From the NCBI GenBank assembly GCA_038153405.1, contig JAYOYH010000016.1, positions 25,537-89,536 of the forward strand: 64,000 nucleotides of DNA, in the 5' to 3' direction. Shown one piece after another: positions 38,579 through 48,155 of this stretch. A program made the position numbers and the translations under genes. The stretch is from Gemmatimonadota bacterium. Lineage in GTDB: Bacteria; Latescibacterota; UBA2968; UBA8231. The notes beneath the pieces were generated by a model that searched no databases, was not told the DNA's origin, and worked only from the letters and a program-made list of their open reading frames with translations. Each line of letters starts with the position of its first letter. Positions within the stretch are counted from its first letter, which is position 1.

Positions 38579-41500
38579 TTGCATTCATCTAATTTTCTGC
38601 GTATCGCTTTGACTCTCTGGGCGCTTGCCGGCACGGTTTCGGCGGGCGCTTTTGAGTGCGCGATTCCCGCGCCAGCCGGCAAGCGGCTGCAGGTGGGCAA
38701 CAGCCTGAGCGCGCTAGTTATCTTTGCCCAGTTTGCCGAACAGGGTGCCGGTTCGTCGGCTCCCTCTTGGTCGACAGACCTTTTCAACCCCTCTGTCCCC
38801 GGCAGCTTTACCCATTTTTACAACGATATGTCGGGCGGGCTATTGCAGGTGCGCGGTCGCGTCCTGCCCAAGCGCTACAGTGCGCTCGATGTGGCCGACG
38901 CCTATGCGGCCGCCCAAGAGGGTGGTGTGGGCCAGTATGGCCTCTTTAACTTGCAGGTGCTGCGCCAGGCCGATGCCGATAGCGACTTCGGAGAATTCGA
39001 CAACGATGGCCCCGACGGCGTGCCCAACTCGGGCGATGACGACGGCTATGTCGATATTGTTTTCATTAATTTGCACACCGTGCCGCGCGGTTTTTTTATC
39101 GGTTCGGCGACGGGTCTGGCTTCGCTGGGATTGGATGCCGACTACATCAGCAATGACGCAGCGGCAGGCGGTGGCTTTGTGCGCGTGCGCAGTCGCTTTA
39201 ACGGATTTGGCGGTACGACGCAGCGCGGTCATACATTCAGCGTTACCGCCTCTACGATGTGCCACGAATTTGGTCACGTGCTCGGGCTGACCGATCTATT
39301 TGACCAGAGTTCGCTCTCTGCGGCGGGCGAGTTGGACCCAGAGGAAGATTCGGCCGGTATCGGCAAGTGGGGCCTGATGGGACTGGGCACGCTAGGTTGG
39401 GGCGTGGAAGATGGTCCGAATGCGTTTAGTGGACCGACGCTAGCCGAATTGGGATGGGTCGAGGTCGAGGTGCTCAACCAGCCCGCTGCCGAAATATCTC
39501 TCGAAGAGGTATTTTCAGGTCGTCGTCTGCTGAAGATTCCCGTGCGTCGCCACGAGTACTTTCTCCTCGAATACCGCCGGGCGGCCGGTTCGTACTACAA
39601 TCGAAATATTCCGCAGGATGGCCTACTGCTCTGGCACGTCGATGAGCGAGCCGACAACGATGAGGAACGCCATAAGCGCATCGATTTGGTATGTGCCGAT
39701 GGGCTGTTTGCCGACCGAGGAGCGCCGTCGGCATCGGCCGATCCGTATGCCGGTCGAGACAACCTCGACTTCTGGTCGCGCGATGCGGCCTATGCCAGCG
39801 AGCACAACGGAAATCAGGGCGATGCGGGCGATCCCTTTGACGGCGTGCGCTATCGGCGCGTCGCCTGGGATACCAATCCTGCCCTGCGCGCCCATAGCGG
39901 ATCAACGCGCGGCGTAGATCTGGCCTGGGCGCTGGAAAATATGCGGCCAGAGGGCAACCAGATGCGCTTTGATTTTGTCGGCGCGGCGCGCGAAGGAGAT
40001 ATCGTTGGACAGGTGCGCTGGGAGGGAGACGTCGAGTTGAGGGGCGATGTGGTCGTACAGCCCGGCGCGCGCCTAGTGCTGGCCGACGGCGTGCGCGTTG
40101 CCCTTGCACGCGGCGATGAGCGGACTGCCGGATTTGATCCAGATCGCAGCGAATTGATCGTCTATGGCGAAGTAGTGCAGGAGGGAACAGCCGCGTTTGC
40201 CTCGGCGGCGGCGACTCCAGGTGCGCTCGATTGGTCTGGCATTTTTCTGATGGATGGTCAGGCGTTAGACGAGCGTGCGCTGAGCGTGGAAAACGCGCGT
40301 TTGGGCGTTGTGCGCTTTCGCTTGCCGCCTGGACAGACGACGTGGAGTGGCGACGTTTCCGTGCGCGGCGACCTGCTCGTGCCGGCCGACGCCCAATTGG
40401 TAGTCGAACCGGGGGCGCAGATATTCTTTGCCGAAAGCGATGTCGCCTTTAACGGCGTGTCGCCGCGCTATGTCGAATTGGTGGTGGAAGGCGAACTGCT
40501 GGCCCGCGGACGGGCTGATGCCGCGCTGCGCTTCACTACGACGCCCAGTCCGGAAGACGACCAGATCTGGTACGGGGTGCGTCTGCTGCCGTCGGCGCGC
40601 ACGGACGTCGAGTTCACCCAGTTCGATCGCGTGGGTTTTGCTTTGAGCGGTGAGGTCGGCCGAAGCGGCTCGCTGCGCGTGGCCGATGCGGTCCTGCGCG
40701 ATGCAGCTGGCGGTGGCGTCAGCGTAACGCTGGTTGGCGACGCCGATTTCGAGCGAGTGCTGTTCACGCGGATTACTGGACCGGCGCTGCGCGTCGATGG
40801 CAGCGGCCAGGTGACCCTGCGCCAAGCGCGCATCACCGGTAATGGCCAAGAAGGCATCGTGCTCAACAACGCCTCGCTGTTGGCGCTCGATGTGGAAATT
40901 GCCAACAACGGCCTGTTGGATGGGGAAGACCCGCGTTCGGGTCTGCGCGCGGTTGGTGGAGAAGGGCAGAAAATAGAGCTGTGGGATGTGACCGTTGAGC
41001 GCAACAGCAAGCACGGTATCGAATTGGTAGACTGGCGCGGCGAAGTGGAATTGTACGACTCCTATATAAACGCAAACTATCGCGATGGGCTGCGCGCCGG
41101 CCGGCTCCAAAAGCTGGTATTTGAACAGGTCGAAGTGCAGCGCAACCTGGGTGGCGGCGTGGCTGTAGACAGCGCCTATGTAGAACTGTGGACTAGCTAT
41201 GTGCTGGGCAATGTAGGCAACGCGCTCTATTTAGGTCCCGGCAGCACCGGTGCCATTGAAATGGGGCACTTCGGCAGCGGTCCCGGCACCGTGCTCGATC
41301 GCGTGGGGGCGCTCTTTGTGCGCACCAGCACGTTTGAGCGGGCGCCCGTTGGGCTGCGCCTGATCGACGGGGAGCCCGTGCTGGAAAAGAATCGCTTGAT
41401 CGGCAATGCCGTAGCCCTGCGCGTCGAGGGGTCTAGCGTGCCGTCGCTCGTGCGCGGCAATGCATTTCTCGACAACGCTACAGCCGTCGAAAACTTGACT

Positions 41501-41926
41501 AACCGCGCTCTGCAAGCGGCGGCAAACTACTGGGGCACTACGGATAGCACGGCGATTGCCGGATTGATGCGCGGCCGAGTGAATTTCTCCGGTTTTCTCG
41601 CAGCAGAGCCCGATCCGACCGCGGTCGAACCAGTGGAGGAACGTCCTCTGCGCTTTGCGCTGGGATTGGGTTATCCCAATCCCTTTAATGCCGCTGTCAC
41701 CATTCCTTTTGAACTCGGCGCCGACGTGCATGCCGAGCTGTCCATATACGATGCGCTGGGTCGCCGAGTGCGCACGCTGGTCGATGCGACAAGGGCGAGT
41801 GGGATGCATAGCGCCCAATGGGACGGGCGCGATGAGCGGGGTGCCGATGTGGCGTCCGGCGCGTATTTTTTTCGCTTACAGGCCGGCGCCTTTGCTGCGC
41901 AGGGCCGCGTAGTGCTGCTGCGCTAA
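38579..41926 (+). CDS. secreted M6 (immune inhibitor A)-like metalloprotease with beta-helix repeats and C-terminal FlgD-Ig/sorting-like domain
   Basis: signal-like IALTLWALAG, CHEFGHVLGLTDL, WGLMG.G, YFLLEYR, LLWHVDE, YPNPFN...WDGRD.RG..VASG.YF; start uncertain (TTG at 38579). Confidence 0.85.
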   Translation: MHSSNFLRIALTLWALAGTVSAGAFECAIPAPAGKRLQVGNSLSALVIFAQFAEQGAGSSAPSWSTDLFNPSVPGSFTHFYNDMSGGLLQVRGRVLPKRYSALDVADAYAAAQEGGVGQYGLFNLQVLRQADADSDFGEFDNDGPDGVPNSGDDDGYVDIVFINLHTVPRGFFIGSATGLASLGLDADYISNDAAAGGGFVRVRSRFNGFGGTTQRGHTFSVTASTMCHEFGHVLGLTDLFDQSSLSAAGELDPEEDSAGIGKWGLMGLGTLGWGVEDGPNAFSGPTLAELGWVEVEVLNQPAAEISLEEVFSGRRLLKIPVRRHEYFLLEYRRAAGSYYNRNIPQDGLLLWHVDERADNDEERHKRIDLVCADGLFADRGAPSASADPYAGRDNLDFWSRDAAYASEHNGNQGDAGDPFDGVRYRRVAWDTNPALRAHSGSTRGVDLAWALENMRPEGNQMRFDFVGAAREGDIVGQVRWEGDVELRGDVVVQPGARLVLADGVRVALARGDERTAGFDPDRSELIVYGEVVQEGTAAFASAAATPGALDWSGIFLMDGQALDERALSVENARLGVVRFRLPPGQTTWSGDVSVRGDLLVPADAQLVVEPGAQIFFAESDVAFNGVSPRYVELVVEGELLARGRADAALRFTTTPSPEDDQIWYGVRLLPSARTDVEFTQFDRVGFALSGEVGRSGSLRVADAVLRDAAGGGVSVTLVGDADFERVLFTRITGPALRVDGSGQVTLRQARITGNGQEGIVLNNASLLALDVEIANNGLLDGEDPRSGLRAVGGEGQKIELWDVTVERNSKHGIELVDWRGEVELYDSYINANYRDGLRAGRLQKLVFEQVEVQRNLGGGVAVDSAYVELWTSYVLGNVGNALYLGPGSTGAIEMGHFGSGPGTVLDRVGALFVRTSTFERAPVGLRLIDGEPVLEKNRLIGNAVALRVEGSSVPSLVRGNAFLDNATAVENLTNRALQAAANYWGTTDSTAIAGLMRGRVNFSGFLAAEPDPTAVEPVEERPLRFALGLGYPNPFNAAVTIPFELGADVHAELSIYDALGRRVRTLVDATRASGMHSAQWDGRDERGADVASGAYFFRLQAGAFAAQGRVVLLR

Positions 41927-41966
41927 TGCGCTATGGGCGCAGAGCGTTTAAACGAGGAGCTGGTTC

Positions 41967-42860
41967 GTGAGTGCAGGACGTATAGAGCGCTGTCCGGACG
42001 CGTTGCAGGCGCGCCATATAGAGCAATATAGCGCATTGGGCTACGTCGCATTTGACGGTGTGCTCGACCAACGCGAAGTGGATGACGCGCGTCGAGCGCT
42101 AGCGCGCGTAACCCAGTCGATGATGGAGGCGGTGCATCGAGGAACGGGTGAAGTCAAGCAGGCGCCCACTGGCGCGACGCGCAACTACGCCGGACCGCGC
42201 GTAATCAAAGAAGGGAGCGAGTGCGTTCTGCACTTTGAGTCCGGCATAGACCCGCACAGTATAGACCCAGCGCGCGTCGAGTACTCATACCGCAAATTGC
42301 ACAACTACCAGGCCGAAGATCCCGTGTTTCAGCGCCTGGTCGAGCTGCCGCGCATCCGCGGCTTTCTTTCGCAACTGATCGGCCAAGATATGTTACTCAA
42401 AGATGTCATGGCTCTTTCCAAGCCACCCTTTATCGGCTCGGAGAAGCCGTGGCACCAGGACAATGCCTACTTCAACTGGCTACCGCTCGACTGGGTGGGT
42501 ACGGTGTGGATCGCGCTCGACGATGCGACGGTGGAGAATGGCTGCATGCACGTGCTCCCGGGTCAGCATGCGCGCGGCCCGCTGCGCCATCACCACACGA
42601 TCGACTGCGAAATTCTGTCCGACCGACTCGATTCAACGCAGGAAATCCCCATCGAACTGCGCGCGGGCGGTGCGCTCTACTTTTCCGCGCTGCTGCCCCA
42701 CCAAACGCCGGCCAATGCCAGCCCTACGCGCCGCCGCGCGCTGCAGTTTCAGTACCGTTCTATCCATGCGTATCAGGTCACTGCGGAGGAGTTTGGCAAG
42801 GTCTTTGCCGAGGCCGACGGCAGGCCGGCTTCGTGCGCGTTGGCCCATGAGAATGGGTAA
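41967..42860 (+). CDS. PhyH family dioxygenase
   Basis: KPPFIGSEKPWHQD, NGCMHVLPG.H, HQTPAN.S..RR; GAGGAG RBS. Confidence 0.92.
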   Translation: MSAGRIERCPDALQARHIEQYSALGYVAFDGVLDQREVDDARRALARVTQSMMEAVHRGTGEVKQAPTGATRNYAGPRVIKEGSECVLHFESGIDPHSIDPARVEYSYRKLHNYQAEDPVFQRLVELPRIRGFLSQLIGQDMLLKDVMALSKPPFIGSEKPWHQDNAYFNWLPLDWVGTVWIALDDATVENGCMHVLPGQHARGPLRHHHTIDCEILSDRLDSTQEIPIELRAGGALYFSALLPHQTPANASPTRRRALQFQYRSIHAYQVTAEEFGKVFAEADGRPASCALAHENG

Positions 42861-45075
42861 GGCGGCGTTTGCCGCGCTGCTTTGGCTGTGCGTATGCGAT
42901 GTGCTGTTGGGGAGTAGTGCGATACAGGCGCAGGCCCAGCGCTCCGTAGCACGGCGCTGGAACGAAGCACTGCTCGAGGCCATTCGCAACGATTACGCGC
43001 GCCCAACGGTGCACGCCCGCAACCTCTTCCACCTTTCGGTCGTTCTGTACGATGCCTGGGCGGTCTACGACGACGTGGCCGTGCCCTATCTGCTTGGTCA
43101 TCGCATTGGATCCTACGCGTGTGGTTTTGCCGGCGTCGAAAAAGTCGCCGACGTGGAGGCGGTGCGCGCCGAAGCGATGAGCTATGCGGCCTATCGCTTG
43201 CTAGTGCATCGCTTTAGCGCTTCGCCTGAGGCGCGCGGTTCGCTCAATAGCTTTCGCACGCTAATGACCGAGCTGGGCTACAATCCCGCGTTTACATCAG
43301 TCGACTACCGCAGCGGTTCGCCGGCCGCGCTGGGCAATTATATCGCGCGCTGTGCGATTGACTTTGGCCTACAGGATGGCTCCAACGAACTGAACGGCTA
43401 TGCCAGTCCGTTGTATCGCGTGGTCAACCCACCGCTGCGCCCGACAGAACCGGGCAATCCGACTCTGCGCGATGCCAACCGCTGGCAGTCGCTCTCGCTG
43501 CAGGTCTTTATCGACCAGTCGGGTCATCAACTGCCGGGCGGCACGCCGCCCTTTATCACGCCCGAGTGGGGCCGCGTTACACCCTTTGCTCTGGGAGAGG
43601 CCGAGCGCTCCGTTCGAGAGCGCGACGGGCACGTCTATTGGGTGTACCGCGATCCCGGACCGCCGCCCTATACGGCCGAGGACGGCAGCGGGACGGCGGG
43701 TGACTACGCGTGGAACTTTGCCCTCGTAGCAGTTTGGTCTGCCCACCTCGACCCGGACGACGGCGTGCTATTCGATATTTCACCGGGTGCGATTGGCGGC
43801 ATAGATACGTGGCTGCAGACGCCCGAAGCGCTGCGGACATTTTACTCGCTGTTTAAGGGAGGCGATCAGAGTAGAGGGCATGTGCGCAACCCGCATTCGG
43901 GTCTGCCCTATGAGCCGCAGCGGGTGCCGCGCGGTGACTACGCGCGCGTGCTGGCCGAGTTCTGGGCCGACGGTCCGAATTCGGAGACGCCGCCCGGACA
44001 CTGGTTTGTCCTGCTCAACTACGTCAACGACCAGCCGGAATTGGAGCGGCGCATGCGCGGCGATGGACCGCTGCTCAATGCGCTAGAATGGGACGTCAAG
44101 GCGTATATGGCGCTCGGTGGAGCGATGCACGACGCCGCTATTGCCGCTTGGAGCATCAAGGGTTGGTACGATTATATACGCCCCATCTCGGCCATTCGCG
44201 CCATGGCCGACCGCGGCCAGCGCAGCGATCCACAGCAGCCGCATTATGCAGCAGATGGCATACCGTTATACCCAGACTTTATCGAATTAATTGGAGCGGG
44301 CGATGAGTTGGCGGGCGTCGCCGGCGAGCATATCGGTAAGATTAAGCTGCGCGCCTGGCGCGGTCCGAACTCGGTGGACAATCCGCGCGAAGACGCTGCT
44401 GGCGTCGGCTGGATTCGCGCCGAAGAGTGGTGGCCCTATCAGCGTCCGTCCTTTGTGACCCCGCCCTTTGCCGGTTATGTATCGGGGCATTCGACCTACT
44501 CGCGCGCGGCGGCGGAGGTGTTGACGCTGCTGACTGGAGATGCGTATTTCCCCGGCGGCATCGCTCGCTTTCTCGCGCGGCGCGACGAATTCCTCACCTT
44601 TGAAAGGGGGCCGAGCGTGGACGTCGAACTGCAGTGGGCCACGTATCGGGATGCTGCAGACCAGTGCAGTCTGTCGCGGATCTGGGGAGGGATTCATCCA
44701 CCGGCTGATGACATGCCCGGCCGCCTGCTGGGCCTAGAGATTGGCCAACGGGCCTTTGCCCAAGCCGAGCGCTATTTTGTGGGGCAGGTCGACTACCGGC
44801 CGGCGCAGACTTCGGCCAGCCATATCGTCGTGCGCACCTATCCCAATCCGCTGCGCCAGGGGCGGGCGTTGCGCGTGCTCTTCGATCGCGCGGTCGTCGA
44901 TGAATTTTTCGATGTGTCTCTGTACGACGTGCTCGGACAGATGGTGTATAGGCGCACTGTAGATCGCCGACAGACAGCCATCCAACTCGAGCCATCGCTG
45001 GCAGCTGGCGTATATCTGCTGCGGGTGCAGGGGGGAGATTGGCAAGCCCGTGCCAAGGTCGTCGTCGTCGAGTGA
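42853..45075 (+). CDS. secreted vanadium-dependent haloperoxidase/PAP2-superfamily protein with C-terminal sorting-like domain
   Basis: signal peptide; WSIKGWYDYIRP (KX6RP), PPFAGYVSGHS, SRIWGGIH; C-terminal YPNP...YDVLGQ...GVYLLRV; alternative start at 42847. Confidence 0.85.
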   Translation: MGKAAFAALLWLCVCDVLLGSSAIQAQAQRSVARRWNEALLEAIRNDYARPTVHARNLFHLSVVLYDAWAVYDDVAVPYLLGHRIGSYACGFAGVEKVADVEAVRAEAMSYAAYRLLVHRFSASPEARGSLNSFRTLMTELGYNPAFTSVDYRSGSPAALGNYIARCAIDFGLQDGSNELNGYASPLYRVVNPPLRPTEPGNPTLRDANRWQSLSLQVFIDQSGHQLPGGTPPFITPEWGRVTPFALGEAERSVRERDGHVYWVYRDPGPPPYTAEDGSGTAGDYAWNFALVAVWSAHLDPDDGVLFDISPGAIGGIDTWLQTPEALRTFYSLFKGGDQSRGHVRNPHSGLPYEPQRVPRGDYARVLAEFWADGPNSETPPGHWFVLLNYVNDQPELERRMRGDGPLLNALEWDVKAYMALGGAMHDAAIAAWSIKGWYDYIRPISAIRAMADRGQRSDPQQPHYAADGIPLYPDFIELIGAGDELAGVAGEHIGKIKLRAWRGPNSVDNPREDAAGVGWIRAEEWWPYQRPSFVTPPFAGYVSGHSTYSRAAAEVLTLLTGDAYFPGGIARFLARRDEFLTFERGPSVDVELQWATYRDAADQCSLSRIWGGIHPPADDMPGRLLGLEIGQRAFAQAERYFVGQVDYRPAQTSASHIVVRTYPNPLRQGRALRVLFDRAVVDEFFDVSLYDVLGQMVYRRTVDRRQTAIQLEPSLAAGVYLLRVQGGDWQARAKVVVVE

Positions 45076-45138
45076 GCGGGGGACTGGCCGATGGTCGGTG
45101 AGGTGCATGAAAAAATACATTTCGAAAAGGAGATATCC

Positions 45139-45492
45139 ATGGTGATTTGGGTGCTGTTGATGGTTTCCTGTGTTGTGCTATTGGGATGTGCGGCGGAGTG
45201 GAACGCCGATGCAGGTGGTCCGCCATTTGGCGCCGATGCGCTGCTTATTGATGTGCGGACTCGCGAGGAATACGACAGCGGCCATATCGAGGGGGCCAAG
45301 CTCATTCCCTACGAGGAGATCGGCGCGCGCATCGGCGAATTGACCGAGGATCGCGATCGCGAGATCGCCCTTTACTGTCGCAGCGGTCGGCGATCGGGTA
45401 TTGCGCAGCAGACGCTGGCAAAGATGGGGTTTAAAAACGCGATTAACGTGGGTGGGTACGAAGAACTGCGCGCGCGACTCGCAGGTCCGTGA
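45139..45492 (+). CDS. rhodanese-domain (lipo)protein
   Basis: LIDVRT.EEY..GHIEGA, LYCRSGRRS; lipobox LLGC; AAGGAG RBS. Confidence 0.92.
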   Translation: MVIWVLLMVSCVVLLGCAAEWNADAGGPPFGADALLIDVRTREEYDSGHIEGAKLIPYEEIGARIGELTEDRDREIALYCRSGRRSGIAQQTLAKMGFKNAINVGGYEELRARLAGP

Positions 45493-45530
45493 GCGATCCG
45501 GCGCCTCATCACGCGGTATGCCTGCTGCTG

Positions 45531-45707
45531 CGCCGCGTCATGAAAAAGGTGGGCATGCGCTGTGTGCGCAGCTTTCGATTGAGTAATGACGATCTGGCCC
45601 GCGCGGATACCTACTGCAGTGCCGCGGCCGAAGTGTGAGGTGGCGACGACGTCGAATACGCGCTACCGCGCAGCGCGTGGCAGCGGCAGAGGGGTCTAGT
45701 GCGGTAA
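45531..45707 (+). pseudogene. C-terminal remnant of a RimJ/RimL-type GNAT acetyltransferase with an internal stop
   Basis: frame reads RRVMKKVGMRCVRSFRL...EV*GGDDVEYALPRSAW; TGA at 45636; no N-terminal part. Confidence 0.6.
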
Positions 45708-45709
45708 CG

Positions 45710-46555
45710 CTAGGACCAGACAAAGACCTCGTCGTCGTCTGTGGAGTAGCCGATAAATACGGCGAGCACGACGCGCGCTTGGTCGCCGACGATGGCCGGC
45801 ACTTCGTGGATTAGGCGCGTGTTAAAAAAGTAGAGGTCGCCCGGTTCTAAAGACACCTGACAGTGCTCGATCGAGCGCGCGTGTGCGTAGTCGGCAAAGG
45901 TGTCGGCGGCTATGTAGGGTTGGACTTCGGGCGACCACAAACAGCGGTGGAGCAGGCCCTGGGCCCCGGAGCCGCTGGCGTCGGCATTTTGCAGGCAGAG
46001 CACGCCGGCAAATTGGTGCTCAAAGCGGTATACCGAATAGTCTGTGCGCCCTTCGCGCAGCACGACGTGGTCGATGTGCGGTTTGTAGCGCTGGCCTTCG
46101 TAGTGTACGCGAAAAATAGCCGGTCCATAGCGCCGTCCGTCGGACTCGTAGGCAGTTTTCACTTCTTTGCCTGGACACAGGGCTGCCAGGGTATCGTATA
46201 CGCAGCGCACCGGGTCGTCGAATCCCCTGAAGAGAAAATCGAATAGGAAATGCGTCGATTGGGCGTGTTCCAAGAAGCGCTCTTTATCGCTGCCGCGGTT
46301 GCCGAGACTCGTGCCAATATCGATGCGCGGCCGCGCGTCGGCCGCCGAGCGCGGTTCGGCCGCATCGCGCATGAGGCCCAGATCGACAAAGCGGCGGACT
46401 AGGCCGCGGCAGTGCAGCGGGTCGTAGGCGTGGCGCAAGACAAAGGCCGGACTCTGTGCCTGCGCCAGTGCTCTGATGGGATTGGCATAGCACTGGGTAA
46501 TGGCATCGAGGTCGGGTTCTACAGCGCTCCACTCGCTGCGTTCATGATTGTGCAT
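45710..46555 (-). CDS. 2OG-Fe(II) oxygenase-like protein
   Basis: PHID, PGDLYFFNTRLIHEV, R.VL..FIG. Confidence 0.75.
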   Translation of the reverse strand: MHNHERSEWSAVEPDLDAITQCYANPIRALAQAQSPAFVLRHAYDPLHCRGLVRRFVDLGLMRDAAEPRSAADARPRIDIGTSLGNRGSDKERFLEHAQSTHFLFDFLFRGFDDPVRCVYDTLAALCPGKEVKTAYESDGRRYGPAIFRVHYEGQRYKPHIDHVVLREGRTDYSVYRFEHQFAGVLCLQNADASGSGAQGLLHRCLWSPEVQPYIAADTFADYAHARSIEHCQVSLEPGDLYFFNTRLIHEVPAIVGDQARVVLAVFIGYSTDDDEVFVWS

Positions 46556-46754
46556 GGCTGAAAAAGTCCTTTCGCGCTGGCATTGGTCGCGTTCGATTCG
46601 GCAGTGGGAAGATGGTTCACACGGGGCTGTGGTCCGTGCGTGTAGACTAAGGCATTCTCGCCTAATATAGATCGACGTGCCCGACTTGCAAGGTGGAAGG
46701 GCGCGCTGCGATGTCGCCGTTTGCCAGACTATAATGCTGGAACCATTACGCCGT

Positions 46755-46800
46755 AAAAAAATCCCATTCGGCGGATTCCCTACCGGGACGCCGAATGGGA
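46755..46800 (-). terminator. Rho-independent terminator of the enolase-superfamily gene
   Basis: TCCCATTCGGCG...CGCCGAATGGGA 12-bp stem followed by T7 on the minus strand. Confidence 0.82.
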
Positions 46801-46840
46801 AAGAGAGCTTCGAATTAAATAGCCTGCGTAAGCGGAGATA

Positions 46841-48034
46841 TTAGTCGAAAAAGTCTTTGTCTTCGTCCTCCAGGTACTTCTTTGCTTCTTCAACGCGAAA
46901 ATCTACGCCAATACCGGGGCGTTCGAGCACTTCAATATGGCTGTCGACGACGATGGGATCGGGCAGTCCTTCGACAATGTCATACCACCATTCCGGGTTA
47001 CCGGTTGGGTACTCAAAGGCGATGTAGTTGGTCGGCATCGTCGCCCCTACTTGGACGAGCGCAGCCAGCCCGAGCAGGCCGTCGAGGGTGCCGTGCGGCG
47101 CCATGAGAATGCCGTGCAGATCGGCGTATTCGGCGATCCACTTGAGTTCGGCAATGCCGCCGACATCGCAGGGGTCGGGACCGACGATATCGAGGCAGCG
47201 CTTCTCGATCAGCTCGACGAAGTTTTGCCGCAGGTAGAGTTGTTCGCCGGTGTGAATGCGCGTCGAGGTGCTCTGCGTTACTTCGCGGTAGTTGTCGGCC
47301 AGCGTATAGGGCACGTAGTCGCCGGTAAGCATGTCTTCGAGCCAGGCGACGTTCGTTCCTTCGACGGCTTTGGCCAGGCGGATGGCGTCGGGCACTACGA
47401 AGCCGGGGCCGCAGTCGAGAGCTAACTCGACCTCGTCGCCGCAGACCTCGAGCATTGCTTCGATACAGGCCATAATGTGCTTGAAACCTTTGGGCGTGAG
47501 CAGGCCGCGATTGGGATGCTGCGGCGCGTCGTTTACTTCACCGTAGAAGAAATCGGGAATTTGCGAAGGCATGGGGCTGTGAAAGGCGATACCTTGCTTA
47601 ATGATGCTGAATTTTTCTGGGCGTTCCTTCATCTTGGCCATGGACTCGGCGTAGTGCTGCGGCTCGTGCCCACCCATTTTAAAGCGGATATTGCCGTTGT
47701 AGCAGCGCACCTTGTCGCGCACTTTGCCGCCGAGCAGTTTGTAGACGGGCAGGCCGGCGGCTTTGCCGGCGATGTCCCACAGCGCCATTTCGATGGCGCT
47801 GACGGCGCTGCCCCAGGGCTTGAAGCTGGCCAGGCGGCGAATGCGCTGCATTACGCGTTCGACGTCGGTTGGGTCCTGTCCGACGATGCGGCTCTCGTAA
47901 AATAGGACGTGCGATTTGATGTAGCTCGCCTTGCTGGCCTCGATCTGGCTATAGCCAGAGATGCCCTGGTCGGTGGTGATGCGCAAAATGGGATGGTTGC
48001 CCAGAATAGTGCATTTTAAGCCGGTAATTTTCAT
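46841..48034 (-). CDS. mandelate racemase/muconate lactonizing enzyme family (enolase superfamily)
   Basis: SAIEMALWDIAGKAAGLPVYKLLGGKVRDKV, LALD, WLED, TGEQ, PD...GGI.E, APH. Confidence 0.93.
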   Translation of the reverse strand: MKITGLKCTILGNHPILRITTDQGISGYSQIEASKASYIKSHVLFYESRIVGQDPTDVERVMQRIRRLASFKPWGSAVSAIEMALWDIAGKAAGLPVYKLLGGKVRDKVRCYNGNIRFKMGGHEPQHYAESMAKMKERPEKFSIIKQGIAFHSPMPSQIPDFFYGEVNDAPQHPNRGLLTPKGFKHIMACIEAMLEVCGDEVELALDCGPGFVVPDAIRLAKAVEGTNVAWLEDMLTGDYVPYTLADNYREVTQSTSTRIHTGEQLYLRQNFVELIEKRCLDIVGPDPCDVGGIAELKWIAEYADLHGILMAPHGTLDGLLGLAALVQVGATMPTNYIAFEYPTGNPEWWYDIVEGLPDPIVVDSHIEVLERPGIGVDFRVEEAKKYLEDEDKDFFD

Positions 48035-48105
48035 TGCGCGCCTTTCTAATGAGTCCGTTGATAGAGGACCTCAGGTTCAACTAAAGCAGATCCGTCGTCG
48101 GTGGA

Positions 48106-48135
48106 ATTCTACGTCCTTCAGTGGTGAATCGTCAA
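48106..48135 (-). promoter_or_regulatory. candidate sigma70 promoter
   Basis: minus strand TTGACG-N18-TAGAAT upstream of the enolase-family gene. Confidence 0.55.
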
Positions 48136-48155
48136 CTGCTGGATCGCCGCATCGC

